Part shown: in pieces, positions 24,267-37,100 of the stretch
Layout: each line of letters opens with the position of its first letter
How positions within the stretch are numbered: the stretch's first letter is position 1
DNA from: Octopus bimaculoides
Taxonomy: Eukaryota
Reading direction: 5' to 3'
Length of the DNA: 39,845 nucleotides
NCBI RefSeq assembly: GCF_001194135.2
Contig: NC_068983.1
Span: 18,023,363-18,063,207 of the forward strand
Made by a program: the position numbers and the translations under genes
Notes under the pieces: generated by a model
The model's input: the letters and a program-made list of their open reading frames with translations, nothing else
Database searches by the model: none
What the model was told of the DNA's origin: nothing

Positions 24267-27200
24267 TGTTTGTTTTCACTGTCCTGTTTATGTTACCAAT
24301 TTTGATCCTCCGCAAAATCCCAAATTTTATTTAATTTACTTTTTCGAGCACACGATCAGAGACGAAGTCAGTTGCTTTGTTAGTACATTCCCGTAAGTAG
24401 AAATATTATCTCTATGAAAATATATATTTTAATCGAACTGAAAATAAAATTTAGTATTGACACTGACCAGTCCCCACATTCATATAGTGTGTTTAGTAAC
24501 GTACCTACCTAATACTGTGAGACATATACACACTCATATACTCACACATGTCGTGGTGGTGATTAGAATTAAATGTAACAGTAAAAATATAAGTATAAAA
24601 CTGAAACATATAGTATGTTTAATGAAGTACCTAATGCGAAAAGACACACACTCATACACTCACACACATACATTCACAGACAGATACGCCGTCATATACA
24701 AAATTTGACGTCATCGTAGTCTTCGTCGTGGTTAGATTTAAAAGTACAATTATAAGAGTGAAACAATATATCACATTACAATATATTCTTCGAGTTTTGA
24801 CACGTAATACAGAACCAGTGCCAATATTGCCTTGTTTCCGCCCAAAAATTTACGTTGACACTCACGGAGTCTCAGTGTACTACCATGTAAAATTTATTTG
24901 AGCCGTTTGAGATTGCATTAGAAACAGACTGAGGCACAAAGGATTTTATATATATATATATATATCAAATAATAAGCAACACGGATTTCAAAAGTGATTG
25001 CAGTACGCACGTTTCATGCTACTTCAATTTATTTAAGTAATGTGAGCATTACCTTAAATGCAATATGAAGAGCAATCTTCAGCTGCACGAAAAAATGTAG
25101 AAAAAGAGACATATTACAAATGTGGCAACATATTAAAACCAAGTGGGAGAGAGCAGAGGAAGAATATATAAGTCCATCTTGACATAGCAGGGTCTATCAG
25201 GCTAGTATATATATATAGATAGATAGATAGATAAGTTGTCAGAAGACGAGAAAGATTATTTGATGTATTTCCATAAGAGGTGGAAATTGGGAGAATCGGA
25301 AGGTTGTTAAAAGAAGTACTGATGGAGAGTACTAGCTTGATGAAATATATGAGAGGCCGAGCGACGTACTTTGTGATCTCTTTTCTGGTTGTTTGTGCTC
25401 TTGCAGCAAGATCTGCGAGGACACTGATTCAATCTATATGTATATATNNNNNNNNNNTGTACATAAGTATGTATGCATATACATAGAAAGAGACAAAGAG
25501 AGAGAAAGTGTGGGGGAGAGAAAGACAGAGTAGGCAGAATCAAAAGTAAACAGGTAGCCAATATATATTCTATAAGAAACGTAAACCTATTTAAACCAGG
25601 CATTGTAGATAGCATCACTCATTTATAATTTTTGCTTTAACATTATAATATACTCTTCATTTATATTATGCACCGTAGAAAGAGAAATAGGTTGCTTGCT
25701 TGATGCTGGTGAACAGTACAAGCTGTATAGGACATATAAAAATAGAAACTTTTCTGCTTAATGTCTTAGATTCTTTATAATTATGGCCAGCGCGTTGAGA
25801 CCTGAGCAACAAGGTTTGCAATTACGGATAGCTGAACATTAAGAGAATGTAGAAGTATAACGGCAAACGTTATATTTTAAACAGCAAAAACTTCATTTCT
25901 AAGGACGAATATATGTATAACATTGAAATTAGCGTTACCAATATTAAGAAAAAAAATCTCAGTTTCAGAAGAGGAAAACCTATGGCCGATTGAAAAAATG
26001 TTTAATAATATGAAAGAATTTAACATGTTGAACTTTCAGAAAACTCAATGTAGCCAAGTTAAAAGCAATGTGGCATAGCAAAATTATGAATAAAGGCAAT
26101 GTAGCAAGTATATTCAGTGTAGCCAAGCGGATGGGAATGTATTAAAAAGGAAAATGAGAGGCGAGGATAAAAAACTTATGCAATTATGTATATGCTAAGA
26201 TGTTTTTGAAAATCAAAATTTGTTTGTAACATGTTACGGTACGTGATAGAAAAGAAAATCTATAAAATACTCATACTGCGTCATATCTGTAAAGCTTCTA
26301 AAACACAAAATGAAGTATAGAAATTATTTTTATATTTTATCTGTATAAGGTAGGTTATTACCTGCAAATGAGTTTAAGTGCGTCCTTTAATGTTGAGATC
26401 ATTCATACACACACACTCACACACGTACAAACACACACATACGCACACAAACACACACACAAATATATGAGCATATGTGTGTATATATAAGTATAATTTA
26501 GGGGTCAAAGATGCACAAGTATCAATACTGTGCTAAAAGACTCCGGAGATCTACGCTGAGGATATATTGAAATAATATATAGAGACATTTTTCATCTGAA
26601 CTTACATCGTAAAAAGAAGCATGAAGACGGGCCGCCCTGACCAACTTTGATTTTTTTGTATAGCAGGACCAATTCCGCAGAAGGAGGCAGAATATGTATC
26701 CAAAACATAGAAGTATTAACGCTAAATGCAATGCTTCAGTTTGCTGACAGATTCGGGATGAAAACATTAAAAGAGTAGAGGAATAAAATTATATAGATGT
26801 GTGTATGTGTATGTGTGTGTGTGTATGTATGCGTGTATGTATGCGTGTATGTGTGTGTATGTATGTGTGTGTATGTATGTGTGTGTGTGTGTCTTTATAA
26901 TGAGACAATCCATTGGTAGATCGTAGAAACAGACAAATATGAAGTGAAACTCAAAGTTTAGTAAAGAGACATGAAGTCAGGGATCGTACAGAACCGATTG
27001 CGCGCCGGACAAGAGCTAAATTTGATTAATTAGAGGCGCATTAAGCAGCAACGTATGAATTGTCGCAAGATACTATCACATTCAACATGTTCGTCTATAA
27101 AAAGAAATCAAAAGTCGCACGTACACACACACGCACAAACATACACATATACCTCATTGCTACTGTTAAATAACATCATATCCTAAAGTCAATTAGGAAA

Positions 27201-27475
27201 GAAATATCTACCACAAATATAAACGTTACATACGTGCGCACAGTCAGACAGACAGACGCACATATATAAATCATATCCATCAGCGCACATCTGCCTGCCT
27301 GTCTATCTATCTATCTATCTATTATTCTATCTTCATATTTTGTCTCTATGTTCGTCTTCAAAATTAGTTCTGTGATTTCTCATCGTATCAAGTTTCACCT
27401 TATAATATTATTCATACACTTCACATTCTGATGTCAAATTTATCACTTTACAGATACCTTACTAATAATCTGTAT

Positions 27476-27606
27476 TGTCTGGGGAGAATTATTTTCTTTC
27501 TGTGCCTTATAATTTAACTCACTCACCAGTAACACTTCCACTTATTTCTTATTTTTATTTTCCTAAAACTTTCGTTGCGTCTTGCGACCTTTTCAATAGT
27601 CTTGAC
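27476..27606 (+). repeat. Interspersed repeat copy, inverted relative to 30863-30985
   Basis: ggggagaattattttctttctgtgccttataatttaactcactcacc...ttcgttgcgtcttgcgaccttttcaatagtc aligns to the reverse complement of 30863-30980. Confidence 0.75.
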
Positions 27607-27661
27607 TGTCCGTTATTTACACTGCGTTCCTTTTTGTTTGTTTGTGCGCATGTGTGTGGGT

Positions 27662-27695
<34 letters not shown>

Positions 27696-28382
27696 ATACT
27701 TATGCATGTATATATGTGTATGCATTTATATATTCATGTGTATGCATATGTATACATGTATATACGTGTGTGCATCTCCATGTAGGTATTCTACATATTC
27801 ATGCGCTTGCATGTCCGTGTTTGTGTATTATTTATGTATGTATGTGTGTGCATGTGTTTGTATATGTATGCACCTCTGTCTCCTTGTGTTTGTATGTCTG
27901 AGTGTGAGTGTGTTTTGCAACTATGTACCGTGTTTGTATGCATGGATGTGCATCTCCATATGAGTGGACACGTGTCGCCATATGTGTCCTTGTGTGAAGT
28001 AAAGTGTGTGTGTGTATATATTGTCATGTGTTTCAGTCTCCATTTGCGTATGTGTGCTTGTCTGTTCATATAACTTATGTACATATCCGTTTGTATGTTG
28101 ATCTGTTTATTTTCATATCCATATGCTTACATGCATGTGCATATACACATATATACATACACCCACCACACATACATACATCTATTCAAATAATAGTCAA
28201 CTAACTATTCTACTCTACCTGTGTAAATTGTAGGTATGGAGGTATGATATCTACTATGCATATTTCCTATTTTTGTATTGGGTAAGTTTCATTTATAAGG
28301 ACGTACTCCCGTATTTGTCTTAGTGTTGGGTATTTTGGGTGCTTGGATAAGATACGGATGTCAAGTTAACCCAAGTTGCTTC

Positions 28383-28586
28383 CATGCTGGTCTTTGGCAT
28401 GCTGGTCTTTGGCATGCTGGTCTTTGGCATGCTGGTCTTTGGCATGCTGGTCTTTGGCATGCTGGTCTTTGGCATGCTGGTCTTTGGCATGCTGGTCTTT
28501 GGCATGCTGGTCTTTGGCATGCTGGTCTTTGGCATGCTGGTCTTTGGCATGCTGGTCTTTGGCATGCTGGTCTTTGGCATGCTGGT
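28383..28586. repeat. Perfect 15-bp minisatellite (catgctggtctttgg) x13 plus 9 nt
   Basis: Units start at 28383 and repeat every 15 nt to 28563, with a partial catgctggt at 28578-28586. No variant copies are seen. It explains the TSMPK, MLVFG, ACWSL and HAGLW ORFs. Confidence 0.97.
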
Positions 28587-29430
28587 AGAGTATGGAGGAC
28601 TGGCCCCTATTGCATGTGCAATCATTTCTTTCACCTGATTGTTGTATTCAGAGTTTTGGGTGGGTGCAGTCCAGCGACTCCAGCGCTTTGTAGCGCTTTT
28701 CTTCACTGCTGAAGTGATGGTTGGTGGTCTTCCCATATGTGACCTGGTGGGGCAGAATCTACTGAGGTTATTGTCATCTAAATAGTTACTGTTATATCTT
28801 AGTCTAAAGAGGAGGCCCAGTTTCCTCGTGTTGACCTTACGGAACTCCACCTCACTCTCACAGATTACCTGAGTGGATTTCTCCACAGCAAAATCTATGT
28901 CTATAGATGAGTAGAGTGGAATCACTTCCATACTACCCACTACACAACCTGTGATGTCATTGATTAGTTTCAAGTACTGATTTTACCGAGGAAATCTTCC
29001 GTGCTCACACAGACATCTAGAAACATCTCTAAGAGAGATCGTAATACCTGTATGAGGAAGCAGGACAGTCTATAGTTGCTTGAGATATTCGCTCCGCAAA
29101 CTGGTCTGGCTGAGGGCCCCACGACAGGGTTTATATAGGGTTTCTGGTCTTTGCGTAACCCGTGTAGTATAGGAACATCATTGTTGGATGCTTGGAAATT
29201 TGTACCATCCTTTTTATAGGTTGGAGTATGTTGCACCACATTCATATGTGTGCATTGAGGAGTTTTTCCACTCTTTCATGTTCCTGTGGTGTTACCTCTC
29301 TCATGCTACTGATGTATGGACATAGTTCTGTGGGCGGTCTATTGACAGTCTGCCAGACTTGTCCGTAGGGAGGCACACTAATTCTCTGTTCCTAATTAGC
29401 TGCTTCAGTTTTTGTAGGCCTTTGTCAACA
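28587..29430 (-). mobile_element. Penelope-like retroelement RT fragment (N-terminal half), pseudogenised
   Basis: LVCLPTDKSGRLSID, PILHGLRKDQK, RPVCGANISSNYRLS, STEDFLGKI, GSMEVIPLYSSIDIDFAVEK (the motif-A Asp reads Glu) and FCPTR..GRPPTITS. There are frameshifts near 29300, 29230 and 28972. No YxDD motif and no GIY-YIG domain are seen. Confidence 0.85.
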
Positions 29431-29904
29431 GATGAGCTGAGTTAGTGGGTCCCATCCTCACTATGTTTTTAAATTCGCATGCGCCATTCTATGTCAAATA
29501 TAACTATAATTTTTTCAAAATTATTACTGCAATTATGCGGTGGTCACCTTTTTTCACTGAATCCAAATTTTAAAACACACTGCTTAGTATTAAATGAAAA
29601 ATTATTTATATTTAAGAAAATATTTTTAGTAATATATATTTTAAAATTCTGATAGCAAAAAATTATCGTCGAGCTTGGATCCAATGGCAGTCATCTTTGT
29701 GGGATAAATCACCGACTATATCGACTTAAGCGCTAAACTTATTCTTTATTTCACTGATATCATAAATAAAAAATTTAAAATTGCACTCAGACGGACTTCA
29801 TTTCATAAAATAAAGTGAAAATCTATATGATGCAGGATAGTCTTTTCGTGTTTCAGCCAATCCAGAACTCATGCAAATCTGATTTGAGGAAATACTAGTT
29901 TCTC

Positions 29905-30090
29905 ACTCAGACACACGGCCGGAAATTTTCAGGGTATGGGGTTTGTCGACACGGTTGGTTCTCGTACTCGGCTCATACTATATTTCATATTTTCCGGGGA
30001 GGTGAAAACAAAGTTGAACTCGATGGAATTTGAACTGAGAACGTAAAGAATACGGTACAGACACAGCAAGACATATTTTCCGACACTTTA
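29905..30090 (-). mobile_element. Degenerate SINE of the 7035-7236 family
   Basis: cacggccggaaattttcaggg...gtcgac...aaagttgaactcgatggaatttgaactgagaacgtaaag aligns loosely to 7040-7180. Confidence 0.6.
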
Positions 30091-30179
30091 GTGTGCGGAA
30101 ATTATAATGAGTATTCTGAACTAATTTTGAAAATTAGAAAAAAAGCAAGAAAACTAATAGAAGCACTAAACAGACACAC

Positions 30180-30257
<78 letters not shown>

Positions 30258-30821
30258 CAGATACATACCACACACACAGAATACAAAAATATGTATATTA
30301 GATGTGTTTTTACGTCTAAAAACATAAAAACGATCATAAACGCAGTAAATAATATTTTGAATTCCAACGAAATTCCCATGATATGATCTGATTTGCCTTT
30401 CAATATTTATATGACGTGTGAAGGGATTTCTAAAGTGAGAGCTTATTGGATTCTGTGAAAACCAGCCTTGAATCCATAAATGCACACATCCATACGGACA
30501 TATCTCGAAAGTTATCTGAAACCATAAATTTCAGTTTTGTGTTTCATTGTAATCCTTCTCTATGTCTAAGCAATTTTACCTGCAATTTCAGCCGCTATGG
30601 CTAGTTCTTTCCTCTGAGGAATCAGCTGATAGTTCAGTTCATTTATGCCTTATATATATATATATATATAAACCGTTAATCTCTACACATCTTTTCTTTC
30701 TCCGTTTTTTCTCTCTTAATAATCCTTTCTATCGAAGAGTGTATGGCTGGAAACGCCAAAAGCTTTTCCATTTTCCCCGACTGTTAAAATTATACACCTA
30801 CTTGCTGTTCCTTAACGTGTC

Positions 30822-30900
30822 TTTTCGTTGTGTCTTGCAACCTTTTCAATAGTCGTTGACTCTCAACGTCTATTGAAAATGTTGCAAGACGCAACGAAAA
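30822..30900. repeat. Near-perfect hairpin: 38-bp arms, 3-nt loop
   Basis: The reverse complement of 30822-30859 (tcaacgactattgaaaaggttgcaagacacaacgaaaa) matches 30863-30900 (tcaacgtctattgaaaatgttgcaagacgcaacgaaaa) at 35 of 38 positions. Confidence 0.92.
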
Positions 30901-31884
30901 TTTAGAAAATAAATGACTAGAAATCAAACCGGTGAGTGCGTTAAATAATAAGGCACTAAAAGAGAATGACTCTCCTCCAACACAACCAAATATGTATGTG
31001 AAAACTCGTGCTCAACGGTGGAAGCTGGTTAGAGGCATACAGAGTCAGCTCATTAGACATCGTGTGTAAAAAAAAAACAAAAACAAATGTTTTCATATTT
31101 TTTTCTGAATTGAAATAATGTAATCAGTTTTTTTGTTTTTAAGAAATACTATATTATTTCATTTTCGAATAGATATCATTTGAACTCAGAAACAAATTTT
31201 AACCAAGATAATTACTTCTGGCATATCAGGCTAACGTTAAAATAAACTCATATTTTCCCCATCTGAAACAATGCCGCGTATTTAAAGCAAGTTCCAAAAA
31301 TAAATACATATTTTCTTTAAAAAAACTATCAAGATCAATATTTGCCAACTGTCTACAAGATGATTCTCTTCTTTAAACAATGTTAAATGCTAATGTATTT
31401 TAAGGTTTAAGTTTACTAGGCGATTAGTTTTAACGTCGAGTTCTTTTCAGTGACGTATTGATTATTCATTAATTCAACATCAGTTAGAAATTTAACCAAC
31501 GAATTATCTTTATTGAGTATTGGTTTTTCTTTAGCTCATCCTGTTGCTTGTCTCATGAAAGAAAAATGTGCACACAGCTAAAATTGGAACGAAACATACC
31601 AAAGGTGAACAAAATAATTCCCTGCTGGAAATTTCTATTTACAGCAAACTGTATTTAACTGCATTAGAAAATTAACTATATTCACATGATTTTGGACACT
31701 GCATGACGTAAGAAACTATGGGTTTGTGTTTCAAGGTGATTTTCAAATACATACTGATTCTGTTCCTGGAGAGATCAATGTGCAGCATTGAACACGGATC
31801 GATTTCTGCCATAGATATCTGAAGTGTATGGAAAGCAATTGAACTATTTGGAACAGCATGATCATCAGAAAAGATACTTGTATT

Positions 31885-32105
31885 CTTTCATCTAATTCAA
31901 CTTTCAGTTATTGGACAGCAGCCATGCTGGGGCGCCGCCTTCACAGTCTTAGTTGAATGTATCGACCCCAAAACATTTTTTTAAAAATCTCAACACTTAT
32001 TATATCGGTTTCTTTTGCCGAACAACAAGGTTACAGAGACGTAAACATACCAACACCAGTTGTCAAACAGTGGTGAAGGGAAACACAGACAAAAACACAT
32101 ACACA

Positions 32106-32142
<37 letters not shown>
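31885..32142 (-). mobile_element. SINE 3' portion, same family as 23250-23713
   Basis: tttcagttattggacagcagccatgctggggcgccgcc...ttttgccgaac...gttacagagacgtaaacataccaacaccagttgtcaa, followed by a CA tract. Confidence 0.7.
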
Positions 32143-32155
<13 letters not shown>

Positions 32156-33712
32156 GGAATACAAGACGAACATGGCGTTGCTTGGCATTTACTCGTGCGC
32201 TGTACGTACGGAAGAAAGTTTAAGATGTTTAGGCAGCTAAATATTTTTATAATATTTATGAAGCAACAACTGCCTTTAGCACAATTTCTTTCTTCCAGAT
32301 TTCGTGTGCAATATATTGGTAAAACCTAGTCTACAATAGAGTACGCTACCACAATGTGTCCTACAAAAATATTTCGAATTAAGTAAAATTTTCTTTGCTC
32401 GTAATATTAAATTCATTGGCATCCAGTTCAATAGTTATAAAAACTAATTAGATATTTTTGATTCAAATAAACTCGTATTATTCACTATTAGACAGTTCGT
32501 ACTTGAGTAAATGAGAAGTGATTTATAAGAATCAAGTGTCGTTTAACATAATTTCAATGGTATTTGATTCGAGCAACCGTGAGAAGACTATACTGAGAGC
32601 AAGTGCTCCCATCGGGCATTTCTCTTGATTTCACTTGGAGGGAGCTTTTGATTTTCAGTAATCATTTTCATCTTTTGTGACTTTTGGACTGATTCTACCA
32701 ACCACAATCGCTTTTATTACCCTCCCCATTGTGCATGACATTAGGTGGCACTATCGGCTATTGTGCTTCCAGTGTACATTCGTTCACTATAACACCAGGT
32801 AGATATACGAGGAGAATAGATGTGTTTTTAGGTACAAACAAATGCACATGAAGGAGCGAATTACTAATATGATCCTCAGTTGTAGAAATACCTGAAGAGG
32901 CACAAAATAAATCAGTTAACAGAAATAAATTACACAAAATATGAATATAGAAATAAATAATATCAATAAAACAAATAAGGGTAACTATATTTCATGCGGT
33001 CCCATTGATTTCAGTGGGTGCTGTATTTCCAGCATCTGTGTGGGCGAATTTGTTCTATTATTTTATTGCTTGGATGCAGAAGCCACACATATACCACATG
33101 AACCAAATACCTTCTAGTTATCGAATGACATAATACGCCATTGAAATACTCCTAAAACAGAACAAAGATCCTTTCACACGAAAATACAAAGACATAGAAT
33201 ATATTACAAAAATACCGGAACGACAAAGCTTCACATTAACATTAAACATCAAGTTTATACGGTACAGAGCACACGAGAAAAAATAGTGTAAATGGAAATT
33301 CCGATGTAAATATTAACATTCTAAAGCACAGTAATCTAAAATTTTACATCAGGAAAATAATTTCTCAGGGAGCCTACGCAAAGCATTATAATAGAATATA
33401 GGATATAGTATTAGCAAAGTATCTCTCTTTATAACACTGTTATTCTATATAGAATTTTCTGGAGATCGAGAATGGTAAGAGCGGAAGGATTATTAACAGA
33501 AAAATAAACACCACATGTGAACATGCAAGTACAGAACATGCGAATAAAACAATGATATTCCAGCTCTTAATCCGTGGACAATTTTAGTTAAGGTGAAAAT
33601 GATTTAGTCGACTACGATAGTGTTTTATGATCCGCTGCGAAGGACGAAAGCTACTTATATGAATTCATTATAAAGATTTTGGTAATACGCGTCTTTATGT
33701 ACGAATGAGTGA

Positions 33713-33769
<57 letters not shown>

Positions 33770-33847
33770 CACATATATATGTATATATATATATATATAT
33801 AAACCTATACACACACACACACTGACTCACATATATTATATATACTT

Positions 33848-33880
<33 letters not shown>

Positions 33881-34121
33881 CAGACACTTAGAAACGGAAA
33901 CACGTATATGACGCAAATGTATTATATATGTATGGAAATCATCATATGTCTTTATTGAATTATTGGGTTGTATAAATGAATATATTCATCTATAACTTAA
34001 TAATGTATTTCTATGCGTCTAGACATAAATACATGCTTACAACACACAGGCAAGCATACGAACACTCTCAAATATACAGACGATGTAATTGCAAGTGTAT
34101 TGAAACATGAGGTTGTACATA

Positions 34122-34166
<45 letters not shown>

Positions 34167-37100
34167 ATTCGTGTAAAGGAGTGCGTGTGCGGGACTTTGT
34201 TCGTGAGAGATTTCTCGGTTTTTCATATAACACAAGGCTGATAATGTAAACTACCGTAATGTATATGTGCACATTAATCAGGATTTCTTTCGTGTATGTC
34301 AATTGTCTAAACAATTTTATTACAGAGATAGTCATAAATATTAAAACTACACTCTTCTAAAATGAATATCGAGTTGATGAATCACCGATTGTATTGCTTC
34401 TCTCTTGGAATACAGAAAACTGTTATATGACAAGAACGTCTAGATTACTATCTAAGAAGTGGTATTATCCAAAATGAAATTAGATATCAAAACCAGATAT
34501 AATCCCATTCAGAACTCTGTCAGAAAATTTAAGTGATTTAAATAAATAGAGCACTTTGGAAATTCGTAAATTATGACGATATTTGTTCAACGTATCAAAT
34601 AATGCAATAGTAAGATATATTTAGACTGAAATACGCCAGTGAAATTGCTTGCGGAATAGCTATAAAATTGGATACCAATGTTAGTAGTTGCATGTATTGT
34701 TGCAAGGATCCGTATTTATGTGCGTTTCTTACTGGAGTAATAGCCTAGATCCTGATCTTTCTGGAAAACGTTGTAACACTATCTTTTTAGATAACTGTTG
34801 TATATGTGTATTTTATAACTCAATACACGAACAAGTTGTTTGGAAAAGGAAGATGGTTACTATAACACACTGTTGAAACACATCTCACTGAATGTTGTTA
34901 AAATTATTTTAGGAACACTTTATTAGATATCGGTAATTTGATTCCTTCTTTCTTCATGATGAAATAAATTCATTGCTTCCTGGATTGAATTGCAACCATA
35001 CGAAGCTAATATTTCAAAATTTAAGGTGTCATTCTTTCATTCTATTTACAAGGGGGACCGTTTTGGGAGAACTAAAACTTCACTATGTCAATGTTGACGA
35101 TAGACTGTTGCGCATCGTTAAAGATATTTTCTATTCTGTAATTTGAGATTTTGGGAAATAAAAAATAACTCAAAACACCCCATGAGTGTTCGTGTTTTGC
35201 TTTTCATTTGAATAGCAGATGATAAATGGTCATCCCAGATGAACGGAATATTTAAATATTTTATTTTGCTATTGGTTTTGTCATTCTCACCAACAGAATT
35301 CTGATTTTTATCATGTACACTAAAAATTATTCCTTTGGTTCGAAATACCATACCTTTTGGTGCACGTACTTTATTTCATCGACCCCAATATTTGACTGTT
35401 ACCTATGTCATGAAACGAGCATGAATACTTGATGAAGTACAGTGACTTTCAAAGCGAAATAAGGTGTAATATGGTATTATCCTTAGACATTTTGTTGGCT
35501 TTCTATCTTCCGACTGAAGCTTGCTGCAGTAATTGGTAACGTTTGGTGATTTTTGGTGTGAGTGATTGGGTTGGTCATGGCAGAAAGTATACATCATTCT
35601 CTAGATGTGTCTTTTACATACGATGCTAAATGATCAGTTGTCACCAACGCCACATGCCCGTCTCCCTTGTATATATGAATATATCTGCTTCTTCTCGTGT
35701 AGCCATATAGTTATCGGTCTTACAGACATTTAATTCTACAATGCGGGATATTTTTCTCAAATTCATGACCTTCATCTTCATGAAGTCCTGTAAGGTGTGG
35801 TTCTCTTCGTAGGTTTTCAACGTTTATATTATATTTACATTCGTTTAATTCTCTTTCTTTTTTCTTTTGCAATTCAGCAGTCTGCTATGACTCTCGACCC
35901 TTTGTTCTGCACGCTTCCTTACTAGGAGTTTGGGTAGAATACTGGGAAGCAGGAAGTGACTCTGGTATCTTATGTCTACCATTCCCCGAGCATCGACTGA
36001 CAGTGGTATAGTGACAGGAGGTTCTACCGGTCATCACCGTTCTCTCTCAAACTTTCCCTTTCAGTCGTTCTAGTGCCTCTGGCTACAAAGCAGATATCTA
36101 ACATCTGTAATGGATATACATACACGAACGAAACGGCGTCATCATTGAGTTAGATCACCCCAGGTTTTATGCAAAGCAGTTTGTGTGTTGGAACCTGATA
36201 CGTCCTCTGCGTAACAATGCTTCTGGTTACTTCAGAATATTTATGTGATTTTCTTTGTATTTTGAAGACGTTGCCCTTACTTCAACATCACCAATTTGCA
36301 AGTTTTACCCATCTTTTTTATGATAATATTGTACTTCCTTTCGAACGACAATGAATGTCACGTCATTCCGACGTCAAGTTCTCCTCACCTCTTCTCGACC
36401 GAAACTTTTCTTGGAGATACTTTTGCTTATTGTTTCCTCTTTTCATTGACCTTGTTAATCTGCCTTCATTGCCCGTCTTCGCTTCATTGTTGCTTCCAAA
36501 TGAAGTGTATCTGTTGGTTTCCGAAAACTCACTGACGGTTCATTTCTGGAAGTGAAGACGAGGTGAAATCTTCCAGTAAATCCGGCGGGAGAAATGTTTG
36601 CGCTTAGACAACAATAGTTTCTCTGTCCAGCAGATATTATTGCTATTTTTCTCCTTTTTTAGTTTGTTTTCAAGGTTTTACATTCACACAAAGGACAGCT
36701 GGGTCATGCGATTTGCACAAATAGTCGTATCTATGACATGATATTGTGATAGAGGTCTACATGTGCTATAATTGTTTGGTATACTCAGATACCGATTAAC
36801 TATTCAGGCCCCACCTAACCGCAGTTCATTTTTGCTGTTCCGGAGCCCACTAACTGCCCTTATTGTGCCACACGTCTCCTAATGACATTACTTCAAGTGT
36901 ACACTCATTGCACAAGATCTCCAACTTGACCTTTATATTGCATAGGCCCACCTATTGAGGTACCAAACTATCAGCAAAAGACAGACATATAGCTCAGCCT
37001 GATTTCTTGACCGTCTTTAATCAGTTCAATAAGCCGAACCTTGATAAATTAATCACATAATGATTCACACATAAGACATTTGCTGGTATAACGGAAGCCT

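Noticed and set aside
25280-25440. ORF containing a signal-peptide-like stretch (MRGRATYFVISFLVVCALAARSA)
   Set aside because: No convincing splice donor, no homology, and it runs into a TA tract and gap. T-rich DNA readily encodes hydrophobic runs.
26985-27060. GC-rich patch with taatta as an enhancer
   Set aside because: Short motifs like this occur by chance; conservation or chromatin data would be needed.
28383-28586. 15-bp array as a CRISPR array or a repetitive protein gene
   Set aside because: There are no spacers and the context is eukaryotic. Four frames stay open only because the unit has no stop and its length is a multiple of three.
31855-31870. Minus-strand ctgatga as a hammerhead core
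   Set aside because: No stem II or GAAA at the required distance.
35400-37020. Possible ancient LINE relic (CPYC...H...C-like stretch near 36860; purine-rich minus strand)
   Set aside because: Only one isolated motif; I could not establish a collinear series.
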